Below, piece by piece: positions 50,326 through 59,286 of a DNA stretch of 64,000 nucleotides; position 1 is the first letter of the stretch; the number at the start of each line of letters is the position of its first letter. The translations under genes and the position numbers were made by a program. Under the pieces are notes generated by a model, which saw only the letters and a list, made by a program, of their open reading frames with translations, had not been told where the DNA came from and did not search any database. The stretch is from an uncultured SAR86 cluster bacterium (GTDB lineage: Bacteria; Pseudomonadota; Gammaproteobacteria; Magnimaribacterales; D2472). The stretch covers positions 65,055-129,054 of the forward strand of contig CACEJU010000002.1 in NCBI GenBank assembly GCA_902559885.1, given 5' to 3'.

Positions 50326-52538
50326 AGAATAGGGTCATCAAATAAAATAGTATGAATCTCTTCGGTAAGAAACGGTGCGAAAGGATGTAGTACTAATAAT
50401 ATTTCTTTAAGCAAAGGTCTTAAGTTTTCTGTATTTCCGGATTTCTTGCATTCTTCAAGATAGACATCACAAAATTTATTCCAAAAAAACTCATATATCT
50501 CATTGATTGCATAGTCTAATCTGTAGCTCTCAACATTTCTTTTTATTTGCTTTATAGATTTATTGAATTCAGCATAAATCCATTCATCTGATTTATCCTT
50601 TGAAATAAAAGTTTGATTATATTCTGAGTAATTATTAATAAACCTCGCAGCGTTCCAGACTTTTGTACAGAAATTTCTGTACCCTTTAAGTCTTCCAAAT
50701 TCAAAGCTAATATCCTTTGAATGTGTTGCAAGAGAGTAAAAAGTCATTCTTAAAGCATCTGTTCCATATGAATCTATGCCTTTAGGAAATTGGCCCCTGG
50801 TTTTTCTTTCTATCTTATTTGCAATCTTTTCTTGCATAAGATTAGAGGTTCTCTTTTTAACTAAGTCCTCAAGCTCTATCCCATAAATTAAATCTAAAGG
50901 ATCAATTATGTTACCCTTAGATTTTGACATTTTTTGTCCATTTTCATCCCTTATTAATCCAGTAACATAGACGTTTTCAAACGGCACTTTTCCAGTAAAC
51001 TCAATACTCATCATCATCATTCTTGCAACCCAAAAGAAAATGATGTCAAAGCCAGTTATAAGAAGAGAAGTAGGAAAATATTTTTTGAGATCTTCTGTTT
51101 GTTCGGGCCACCCAAGCGAAGCAAACGGCCACAAGCTTGAAGAAAACCATGTATCTAGAACATCCTCATCTTGTTTTAAAGGCAAATTACCCAAATTATA
51201 AGTTTGCCTGACATCTTCTTCATTAAGGCCAACATAGGCATTACCATCCTCATCATACCAAGCAGGTATTCTATGCCCCCACCAAATCTGCCTACTAATA
51301 CACCAATCTTCAATATTATTCATCCAATTAAAATATGTTTTTAACCAATTTTCTGGATGAAATTTTATTTTTCCTGAATTTACAGCTTCATTTGCTTTTG
51401 CAGCCATGTCTTTAGTTTTGACATACCATTGATAGCTTAACTTAGGCTCAATAACAATATCTGATCTTTCTCCTCTAGGTATGCTAATTTGATGCTTTTC
51501 TTCTTTTTCTAATAGTCCAAGCTTTTCAAGCTCTTCTAAAACTAATTTTCTTACCTTAAAACGATCTAAATTCTTAAAATTATCAGGAACGCTGTTATTT
51601 GAGTAAGCGTTGTCATCAAAAATACTTATTGGCTCGAAGTCTTCAATATTTTTTGAAGTTTTTATAACTCCATCAACCTCATGAAGACATAATTTTTTAC
51701 CTATCTCATAATCATTGAAATCATGACCTGGTGTAATTTTTAGGCACCCTGATCCAAAACTAGCATCTACATAATCTTCACCAATTATTGGTATCTTTCT
51801 GCCTACAAATGGGAGATCTATATACTCGCCAATATATTGACTGTATTTTTTATCTTTTGGATTAACAGCAACAGCCATATCACCAAACATAGTCTCAGGT
51901 CTTGTTGTTGCAACAGTCAAAAATTCATTTTTTCCATGAAGAGGGTACTTGATATACCAAAGTTTTCCTTCTTTTTCCTGTCTGTAAACCTCTAAATCTG
52001 AGACAGCAGTCTTTAATGATGGATCCCAGTTTACAAGCCTATATCCTCTATATATCTTATCTTTCTTATATAAATCAACAAATGCTTTATTTACAGCTTT
52101 GTTAAAATCATCATCAAAAGTAAATCTATATTTTTTCCAGTCAACGCTACAACCAAGTCTTTTTATTTGAGAGGTTATATTTTTTTCAGAATATTCTTTC
52201 CAGGCCCAAACCTCTTTTAGAAATTCTTCTCTACCTAAATCATCTTTTGATTTGTCTTCTTTTGCTAAATTATTTTCAACAACCATTTGTGTTGCAATAC
52301 CAGCATGATCAGCACCAACTTGCCAATATGCATCTTTACCATTCATATGATGATATCTTGTATAAAAGTCCATAATTGCATATTGAAAACTATGACCCAT
52401 ATGCAATGTACCTGTAACGTTTGGAGGCGGTATTACTTGTGAGAAAGTTGAATCAGACCCTGAATTCTTAAGCCTTCTTTTTTCCCAGATTGCAGACCAC
52501 TTTTCCTCAACTTCAACAGGATTGTATCTTTTATCCAT
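50322..52538 (-). CDS. valS: Valine--tRNA ligase, C-terminally short form
   Basis: 738 aa with PPPNVTGTLHMGH, editing-domain TTRPETMFGD and ITPGHDFNDY, WCISRQ, and KMSKSKGN. Only 195 residues follow KMSKS. Confidence 0.9.
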   Translation of the reverse strand: MDKRYNPVEVEEKWSAIWEKRRLKNSGSDSTFSQVIPPPNVTGTLHMGHSFQYAIMDFYTRYHHMNGKDAYWQVGADHAGIATQMVVENNLAKEDKSKDDLGREEFLKEVWAWKEYSEKNITSQIKRLGCSVDWKKYRFTFDDDFNKAVNKAFVDLYKKDKIYRGYRLVNWDPSLKTAVSDLEVYRQEKEGKLWYIKYPLHGKNEFLTVATTRPETMFGDMAVAVNPKDKKYSQYIGEYIDLPFVGRKIPIIGEDYVDASFGSGCLKITPGHDFNDYEIGKKLCLHEVDGVIKTSKNIEDFEPISIFDDNAYSNNSVPDNFKNLDRFKVRKLVLEELEKLGLLEKEEKHQISIPRGERSDIVIEPKLSYQWYVKTKDMAAKANEAVNSGKIKFHPENWLKTYFNWMNNIEDWCISRQIWWGHRIPAWYDEDGNAYVGLNEEDVRQTYNLGNLPLKQDEDVLDTWFSSSLWPFASLGWPEQTEDLKKYFPTSLLITGFDIIFFWVARMMMMSIEFTGKVPFENVYVTGLIRDENGQKMSKSKGNIIDPLDLIYGIELEDLVKKRTSNLMQEKIANKIERKTRGQFPKGIDSYGTDALRMTFYSLATHSKDISFEFGRLKGYRNFCTKVWNAARFINNYSEYNQTFISKDKSDEWIYAEFNKSIKQIKRNVESYRLDYAINEIYEFFWNKFCDVYLEECKKSGNTENLRPLLKEILLVLHPFAPFLTEEIHTILFDDPIL

Positions 52539-52553
52539 ACTTACAGAACTTAA

Positions 52554-54071
52554 TTATTTTAGCTTTTTACTTAATATCAGTTCACTTATTAATGGTACAG
52601 GTCTGCCAGTTCCGCCTTTCTTTGGACTGCTGTACCATGCTGATGCAGCTATATCTATATGAGCCCATTTATAATCTTCAGTAAATTTAGACAAGAAAGC
52701 TGCTGCTGTTATTGTTCCAGCTTCTCTTCCACCACCAATATTTGCTAGATCAGCAAAATTAGTTTTAGTGCAACTCATATATTCATCCCATAAAGGCAGT
52801 TGCCATGCTCTATCACCTGTATTCTCTCCAGCCTCTAATATTTTATCAGCTAGAAATTGATCATTAGACATCACACCACTAGCATGTCTTCCTAAAGCAA
52901 CAACTACAGCACCTGTCAGTGTTGCCATATCTATAACATATGAAGGTTTATATCTTCCAACATAAGTAAGTGCATCACAGAGAACAAGCCTTCCTTCGGC
53001 ATCAGTATTTAAGATCTCTATAGTTTGACCCGACATTGATTTAACCACATCTCCAGGCTTTGTTGCTTTTGCAGACGGCATATTTTCAGCACATGCAAGA
53101 ATACCAACCACATTAACATCAGCGTTTAATCTTGCCAAAGTTGTCATGATTCCAAAAACTGAAGCTGCGCCACACATATCCCATTTCATTTCATCCATTG
53201 CAGGACTTGGCTTTAAAGAAATACCCCCAGTATCAAAAGTAATGCCTTTTCCAACTAGGGCGATTGGTTTATCAGAAGCTTTCCCTCCTTTATATTCAAC
53301 AATCATCATTCTTGGAGGCTCATCACTTCCTTTGGCAACACTTAGGTACGAACCCATCCCTAGTTTTGCTAATTCCTTTTCGTTGAGTGATTTAACTTTT
53401 AACTTTGGAAATTCTTTAGAAAGAGCCTTGGTTTTTCTCTCAATTATTCTTGGAGTAGCATGGTTTGCAGGAAGGTCACCTAAATACTTAGCAGCATTCA
53501 TGCCTTCACCAATTGCAAATCCTTGCTTAGCTGATTTTTTTGCAGCAGTCAATTCTTTAGTTGATAAACCATCAACCAAAAGATGAACATTTCTTAATGA
53601 TGGTTTTTTTGCCGTTTTATTCTTTGTTTCTGAGAATATATATGCTCCAGCTTCAAACGATCTTGCCGCTGTTTCTATGAACCAATTAATATCTTTATTT
53701 TTAGGTATGTTACCAGTTACTAAAAAAGCAATATCTTTTGCATTTATGCTATTACCTTTTGCAGAGATTGATGCAAAAAAATCAAGCCATTTATATGTTT
53801 GAGCTTCTGAGTCTTTATCTTTAACAAGCATTATGTTTTTAGCAGCTATCCCTTGCATTGCTGGCAATAAAATAGGCGCATTTTTATCTTTAAAATGATT
53901 GTTACAGACTTTATTTAAATAGCCCTTCGATAATTTATCTAATGTTTTAAATGAATTATTCTTTTTAGTATGAGTGCTTACTGGAATAACCAATAGATCT
54001 GTTTTAAGAGAAGTTACATCTATTTTTCCAAGATCTTTTAAGAAAACATTATTTAAAACTTTATGTGACAT
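52554..54071 (-). CDS. pepA: Leucyl aminopeptidase (M17), PepA
   Basis: 505 aa with VGKGITFDTGGISLKP and NTDAEGRLVLCDAL. It is divergent from lptF, as in E. coli. Confidence 0.95.
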   Translation of the reverse strand: MSHKVLNNVFLKDLGKIDVTSLKTDLLVIPVSTHTKKNNSFKTLDKLSKGYLNKVCNNHFKDKNAPILLPAMQGIAAKNIMLVKDKDSEAQTYKWLDFFASISAKGNSINAKDIAFLVTGNIPKNKDINWFIETAARSFEAGAYIFSETKNKTAKKPSLRNVHLLVDGLSTKELTAAKKSAKQGFAIGEGMNAAKYLGDLPANHATPRIIERKTKALSKEFPKLKVKSLNEKELAKLGMGSYLSVAKGSDEPPRMMIVEYKGGKASDKPIALVGKGITFDTGGISLKPSPAMDEMKWDMCGAASVFGIMTTLARLNADVNVVGILACAENMPSAKATKPGDVVKSMSGQTIEILNTDAEGRLVLCDALTYVGRYKPSYVIDMATLTGAVVVALGRHASGVMSNDQFLADKILEAGENTGDRAWQLPLWDEYMSCTKTNFADLANIGGGREAGTITAAAFLSKFTEDYKWAHIDIAASAWYSSPKKGGTGRPVPLISELILSKKLK

Positions 54072-54136
54072 TATTAATCTCCATTAATGTATTAATTGAT
54101 AAGATGAATATTGTAATGCATCATACTTGTTTAAGC

Positions 54137-55195
54137 ATGTATAAAAAAAATATTCTTTATAGCTATTTTAATTTTGATGTATTGAAAAATACATTAAGCA
54201 TACTTGGTATATTTTTAGTACTTGTTGTTGGATCGCGTTTAATTGGTTATTTTGAAGAAGCATCAATGGGTAACATTGATCCAAATATTATTATAAAAGT
54301 TCTAGTTTTAAGATTGCCTGATTTTATAAATTTGCTTATTCCTTTATCTTTATTTCTTGGAGTTATTTTATCTGTGAGTCGTTTATATGCTGATAAAGAA
54401 ATTTTTGGTTTTTTAGCATCAGGGCATTCTTCCATAAAGCTAATTAAATTTCTCATACCACAATTGTTCATATTATTCTTTCTTACAGCATGTATAAGCT
54501 TTTTTATAGCCCCATACTCTAAAGAATTATCAGAAAGCTATTTAAGTAAAAATACCTTTGAAGATGAATTAAAAAATATCAAACCAAATGAATTGATGAT
54601 TATTCCTCAAAATGGCTTTTTAAAAATTAAAGATAAATCTAATAATTTTTCATTCCAAGACGCTATATTATTTATTGAAAATAATAAACAGAGTCAATTA
54701 ATTCAAGGTGATGCTATTAATTTTGATGAGGGCAATGAAAGGATTCAGATCCAAGTTATAGATGGAGTATTATTTAGTATTGCAGAGGATGGCGGGGTTA
54801 TAACATCTAAATTTAAAAATCTTAATACAAACATTAAAAACAGTTACGAAAAACCTGCTGTTTTAACCTTGCAAAAAATTTATGATTTTGAAAATAACAA
54901 AGATAAAAATATAAGCTTTAATTGGAATATATCTATACCAATATCATTATTAATTTTATCTCTTTTGGGGGTATTTATTTCAAAGGTCAGCCCTAGAAAG
55001 GGCAGATTTTCAGTAATTCTACCTGGCATTTTAGTTTATATTCTTTATTTAAGTTTATTAATCTTTGCAAGAGAGCTCATGCTTACCAATGAAGTATTTT
55101 ATATGCTTGGCTTATGGTGGGTGCACGGTATTTTTCTGTTTATATTATTAATATATTCATGGAATGATCTTGGTCTTAAGAGTTTGAAAAGATGA
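54137..55195 (+). CDS. lptF: LPS export ABC transporter permease LptF
   Basis: Trimmed to the Met at 54137 (MYKKNILYSYF...), because the tracked start at 54065 would overlap pepA. YjgP/YjgQ-family topology, paired with lptG. Confidence 0.88.
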   Translation: MYKKNILYSYFNFDVLKNTLSILGIFLVLVVGSRLIGYFEEASMGNIDPNIIIKVLVLRLPDFINLLIPLSLFLGVILSVSRLYADKEIFGFLASGHSSIKLIKFLIPQLFILFFLTACISFFIAPYSKELSESYLSKNTFEDELKNIKPNELMIIPQNGFLKIKDKSNNFSFQDAILFIENNKQSQLIQGDAINFDEGNERIQIQVIDGVLFSIAEDGGVITSKFKNLNTNIKNSYEKPAVLTLQKIYDFENNKDKNISFNWNISIPISLLILSLLGVFISKVSPRKGRFSVILPGILVYILYLSLLIFARELMLTNEVFYMLGLWWVHGIFLFILLIYSWNDLGLKSLKR

Positions 55196-56238
55196 AAATC
55201 TTTCTAGCATATATCTTAAAGAGATCTTTCATGCTTACCATGGCGGTATTATTTTTCTTCCTGTTATTAGATAGTGTTTTTAGTATTATTTCCGAACTTG
55301 AAGATGTAACAGAAGCATATACTTTTATTGAAATTTTGAAATATATTCTGAGTTCAGCCCCAAGCCGCAGTATTGAATTCATAGAGGGTGCATGTCTTTT
55401 AGGTTTTATGTTAAGCCTTATGTTTGCCCAAAAAGAGGGCAACTTAAATGTACTGCGATCAAGTGGAATCTCACCATTGAAAATTACTACTATAAACGCA
55501 TTAGCCCCATTACTTCTTTCAGTAATATTGTTATTTTTAAACGAGATGTATTTTCTAGATTTAAAAAATAATGCTTATATAGATAAGAGTAATCTGAAAT
55601 CAAACCAAGCAACAACTAATGAAGTTATTTGGTATGAAGATAATAATAACTTTTTAAGTTTTGAAGAAAAGGTAAACGATATTCTTTTTAATACAACTAT
55701 AATCAATGTTGATGAGATCGGTCTAAATTATATCTTAAAGGTCAATCAATTAAGCATTAATGAAAAAAATGAGGTTTTTATTTCTGATTCCTCCAAGATT
55801 AATTATATTTATGGCAGCAATTTAGATACCAATTTTTCTATTAAACTGCCTTCGTTAATAAAGATATCTTATAAAGACATACAAAACTTAACGCTTGTAG
55901 AGCTTGTAGAGTACAAAAATCTTGAAAGGATTACTGCCAATAAGAAGGACGATTTATTTTTTAGTCATATATCTAAAAATTTATATGAAAAAATTTTTAT
56001 GCCTTTTTCAATTTTAGCACTATGTATATTTTTTGGATCATTTGTATATGGTTCATTAAGAAATTCAACATCGAGCTATATTATTGTTACATCAGTTGCG
56101 GGTGCCTTCGTTTATAACCTTATTCAAGATTTTACTATGAGTTATTCTATCTCTTATAACCTTGTGCAGATTTATGGAGTTTTGCTACCTGGTTTTATTA
56201 TTTTTATAGCAGGCATAGTTAGATTAAATAAAACTTAA
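55192..56238 (+). CDS. lptG: LPS export ABC transporter permease LptG
   Basis: 348 aa with an ATGA overlap onto lptF, in the YjgP/YjgQ family. Confidence 0.88.
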   Translation: MKIFLAYILKRSFMLTMAVLFFFLLLDSVFSIISELEDVTEAYTFIEILKYILSSAPSRSIEFIEGACLLGFMLSLMFAQKEGNLNVLRSSGISPLKITTINALAPLLLSVILLFLNEMYFLDLKNNAYIDKSNLKSNQATTNEVIWYEDNNNFLSFEEKVNDILFNTTIINVDEIGLNYILKVNQLSINEKNEVFISDSSKINYIYGSNLDTNFSIKLPSLIKISYKDIQNLTLVELVEYKNLERITANKKDDLFFSHISKNLYEKIFMPFSILALCIFFGSFVYGSLRNSTSSYIIVTSVAGAFVYNLIQDFTMSYSISYNLVQIYGVLLPGFIIFIAGIVRLNKT

Positions 56239-56645
56239 ACTTTCTTTAAAATAGTTTTTGAGTATTTGTCAGCAATTGTTTCACCATCTTTAGAAAAGTA
56301 AATTTGAAATAATGGTAATCCAGCTAAACTAATAATAAATAAATTTAAAAAAAACCTAATAGATGTTTCTTTTAGGCTAATTGGTCTATTTTCTTTATGA
56401 AAGATTTGGATATTCCAAACAGCCATTCCTAAAGTCTTTCCACCTCTAATCCAGAAGAAGGAGTAAAAAGCCCAAGAGCTAATTAAAACAAGAACTAAAC
56501 CCAGAATAGGATTTAAAATTTCTCTATCATTAAGAAATAAAGCAATCGAACCGACCAAGAACCAAACACCTAGCAATAAAAAAAAGTCATATATTGAGGC
56601 AGCAATTCTTCTTAATGGATATACATGATGTTTGTTGGTATTCAT
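56235..56645 (-). CDS. RDD-family small membrane protein
   Basis: 136 aa with three TM segments and an N-terminal RRIAASIYDFFLL typical of the RDD family. This family commonly neighbours lptG. Confidence 0.7.
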   Translation of the reverse strand: MNTNKHHVYPLRRIAASIYDFFLLLGVWFLVGSIALFLNDREILNPILGLVLVLISSWAFYSFFWIRGGKTLGMAVWNIQIFHKENRPISLKETSIRFFLNLFIISLAGLPLFQIYFSKDGETIADKYSKTILKKV

Positions 56646-56657
56646 TTTGGTATAGTA

Positions 56658-58157
56658 ATGAAAAAATTAATTAATTTAAATCAAATGAGTAATGCAACTG
56701 ATATTTTAGGACACCCAAGAGGGTTATTTGTATGTTTCGCAACCGAGATGTGGGAAAGATTTTCATATTATGGAATGAGAGCGCTCTTAATATTTTATTT
56801 AACTAAACATTGGGAGTTTAGCGATGCAACTAGTTATATCATTTATGCTGCATATACCTCTTTGGTTTATATAATGCCAGTTTTTGGTGGTTTGCTTGCT
56901 GATAGAATACTTGGCTCTCGAAAAGCAGTGACTTACGGAGCAATATTGCTTGTTCTGGGTCATCTAGGCATGACTATTGAAACTAATGTTCAGATTTTTT
57001 ATTTGTCACTAGCATTAATTATTTCTGGAGTGGGTTTTCTGAAACCTAATATTTCAACTATGGTTGGCGCTTTATATGAAAAGGATGACCCAAGAAGGGA
57101 TGCTGGTTTTACAATTTTTTATATGGGCATCAACATAGGTGCTTTCACAGCATCATTATTATGTGGATATTTAGGAGAAACTTATGGATGGTCATATGGT
57201 TTTGGTGCAGCTGGAATTGGAATGCTATTAGGTTTAATAATATTTTTATGGGGCCAAGAATATCTTGATGGTAATGCTGAGCCACCTAGTGATTTACATC
57301 TTCAGAAATATCTAAACATAACCTATGAAACATGGGCTTATATTTCCGGTATTTTTATGGTTTTATCATCATGGATATTAATTCAGAATCAGGAAGTTGT
57401 TGGAAATATTTTAGGTGGCTTAGGAGTTATATGTATTGGGTTTTGGCTTTTTTATGCTCTTGTTAAACTTGATCCTATTGAGCGAGATAGACTTCTAACT
57501 GTAGGATTTTTAATTTTATTTTCATTATTATTTTGGGCATTATTTGAGCAGGCAGGCTCATCATTAAATGTTTTAACTGATAGAGGAGTGGATAGGAACT
57601 TATTTGGTTGGAATGTTCCAGCATCAATGTTTCAATCCTTAAATGCTATGTTTATCTTTATACTTGCGCCTTTTTTCTCAATGTTATGGATTAGTTTGGC
57701 TAAAAGAGGATTAGAGCCTGCAGGGCCAATTAAGTTTGGAATAGCGCTTCTTTTTGTGGGTTTTGGATTTCTTGTATTGGTATTTGGAATGTCAATATCT
57801 CCAAATTTAACACCTGTTGCTTGGATAATACTTATATACCTATTACATACCATTGGTGAGTTATGCATTTCTCCTATCGGGTTGTCATTAGTTACGAAAT
57901 TATCACCACAAAAAATTGTAGGCATAATGATGGGGATATGGTTTTTTGCTTCAGCAGCTGGCAATTTTGTAGCTGGATTAATAGCTAGAGCCACATCAGC
58001 TGACGGAATTAATGTTGCAAATGATACTTTTAGTATTGATCAAAAGGCTGCATTTATGGACGTTTATTACAATGTTGGTATATTTGCTGTAACCATTGGC
58101 GTTTTCGTTTTACTCATAAGCCCACTAATGATTAAAAGAATGCACGGCATCAAGTAA
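56658..58157 (+). CDS. Proton-dependent oligopeptide transporter (POT/PTR2 family)
   Basis: Trimmed to the Met at 56658, because the tracked start overlaps the RDD gene. PTR2 signatures are EMWERFSYYGMRALLIFYL and FYMGINIGAF. Confidence 0.9.
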   Translation: MKKLINLNQMSNATDILGHPRGLFVCFATEMWERFSYYGMRALLIFYLTKHWEFSDATSYIIYAAYTSLVYIMPVFGGLLADRILGSRKAVTYGAILLVLGHLGMTIETNVQIFYLSLALIISGVGFLKPNISTMVGALYEKDDPRRDAGFTIFYMGINIGAFTASLLCGYLGETYGWSYGFGAAGIGMLLGLIIFLWGQEYLDGNAEPPSDLHLQKYLNITYETWAYISGIFMVLSSWILIQNQEVVGNILGGLGVICIGFWLFYALVKLDPIERDRLLTVGFLILFSLLFWALFEQAGSSLNVLTDRGVDRNLFGWNVPASMFQSLNAMFIFILAPFFSMLWISLAKRGLEPAGPIKFGIALLFVGFGFLVLVFGMSISPNLTPVAWIILIYLLHTIGELCISPIGLSLVTKLSPQKIVGIMMGIWFFASAAGNFVAGLIARATSADGINVANDTFSIDQKAAFMDVYYNVGIFAVTIGVFVLLISPLMIKRMHGIK

Positions 58158-58158
58158 T

Positions 58159-59286
58159 TTATATTTTTTGATTTAGCTCAATAAGTATATCTTTGTATAT
58201 ATTTTTTAAAACAACTAACTCATCAAGATTTACGCATTCATCTATCTGATGAATAGTTTCATTAGAGGGACCTAATTCAACTATTTCAGTGTCCATTTTT
58301 GCAATAAATCTCCCATCAGAAGTGCCGCCTTTTGCATTCATATCAGGAGCAGTACCAGTAAATTTTTTAACAGAACTGCTTACAACATCTTTAAGTAAGT
58401 TTCGTTTGGTGTGATATGGATCACCACTTTTAGTCCATACAATTTCATGTTTAATATTTAATTTGCTCATAATTTCTTCAAACTCAGAAATTAAAGACTC
58501 AGCTGAGGATTCAGGAGAGTATCTAAAGTTAAAAGACATATCTAAATGACCAGGAACCACATTTTTAGCACCAGTACCCGATTGAATATTTGAAATTTGA
58601 AAACTAGTAGGTTGAAATATTGCATTACCATTATCCCAAGTCTTATTTTTTAACTCCACAATAAGATTGCTTGATGAAAATATAGGATTGTCTACATTTT
58701 CTGGATATGCAATATGTCCTTGTTTTCCATGAACAACTAAATCTCCACTTAAGGATCCTCTTCTACCAATTCTTATGCTATCGCCAAGGGTTTTGTATGA
58801 TGTAGGCTCCCCAACTAAACAAAAATCAATCTCATCATTATTAGCAATCATGTCTTCAACTATCTTATCTATAAAACCGTCAGACTTTTTTCCTTCCTCA
58901 TTACTAGTTAGCAAAATAGCTATGCGATAGTTAAGCTCTATCTTTTCTTTAAAAAATTCATCAATTGAATCAAGGAATGCAGCTATAGAACCTTTCATAT
59001 CGGCTGTACCTCTACCATACATCATATTTCCTTCTATATGTGCAGAGAAGGGTGGATGAGTCCATTGTTCTTCTGGACCAGTTGGCACAACATCAGTGTG
59101 ACCTAGAAAACAAAATAGTTTTCCTTTATCTCCATAAGTAGCGTAAAGATTTTCAACATTTAAATAATTGATTCTCTTGCAATCAAAATTATGTTTTTGC
59201 AGTCTATCCTCTATAAGATCAAAACAACCTAAGTCTTTGGGTGATATTGAAGGTATTTTTATAAGCTCTTGCAAAAATTTATTCAT
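58159..59286 (-). CDS. dapE: Succinyl-diaminopimelate desuccinylase
   Basis: Trimmed to the Met at 59286 (MNKFLQELIKIPSISP). M20 motifs are GHTDVVP, GRGTADMKG and SNEEG. The start overlaps the dapD stop by 8 nt (ATGAATAA). Confidence 0.92.
   Translation of the reverse strand: MNKFLQELIKIPSISPKDLGCFDLIEDRLQKHNFDCKRINYLNVENLYATYGDKGKLFCFLGHTDVVPTGPEEQWTHPPFSAHIEGNMMYGRGTADMKGSIAAFLDSIDEFFKEKIELNYRIAILLTSNEEGKKSDGFIDKIVEDMIANNDEIDFCLVGEPTSYKTLGDSIRIGRRGSLSGDLVVHGKQGHIAYPENVDNPIFSSSNLIVELKNKTWDNGNAIFQPTSFQISNIQSGTGAKNVVPGHLDMSFNFRYSPESSAESLISEFEEIMSKLNIKHEIVWTKSGDPYHTKRNLLKDVVSSSVKKFTGTAPDMNAKGGTSDGRFIAKMDTEIVELGPSNETIHQIDECVNLDELVVLKNIYKDILIELNQKI

Noticed and set aside
53146-53586. Long antisense ORFs inside conserved genes. 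Examples are 146 aa opposite pepA, 131 aa at 33759-34154 opposite bamA, 125 aa at 26927-27304 opposite rpsB, 120 aa at 57632-57994 opposite the POT gene, and many of 60-100 aa.
   Set aside because: Each lies wholly within a well-conserved gene on the other strand. The translations are low-complexity (Ser/Leu/Pro/Ile-rich) and have no ribosome-binding site or recognisable motif. They are typical shadow frames of real genes, not overlapping genes.
54073-54096. Three ATTAAT hexamers at 10- and 8-bp spacing between pepA and lptF, considered as a possible PepA or other operator.
   Set aside because: ATTAAT is a very common word in DNA this AT-rich, and no longer dyad or conserved flank is visible. 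This is not enough for a call.
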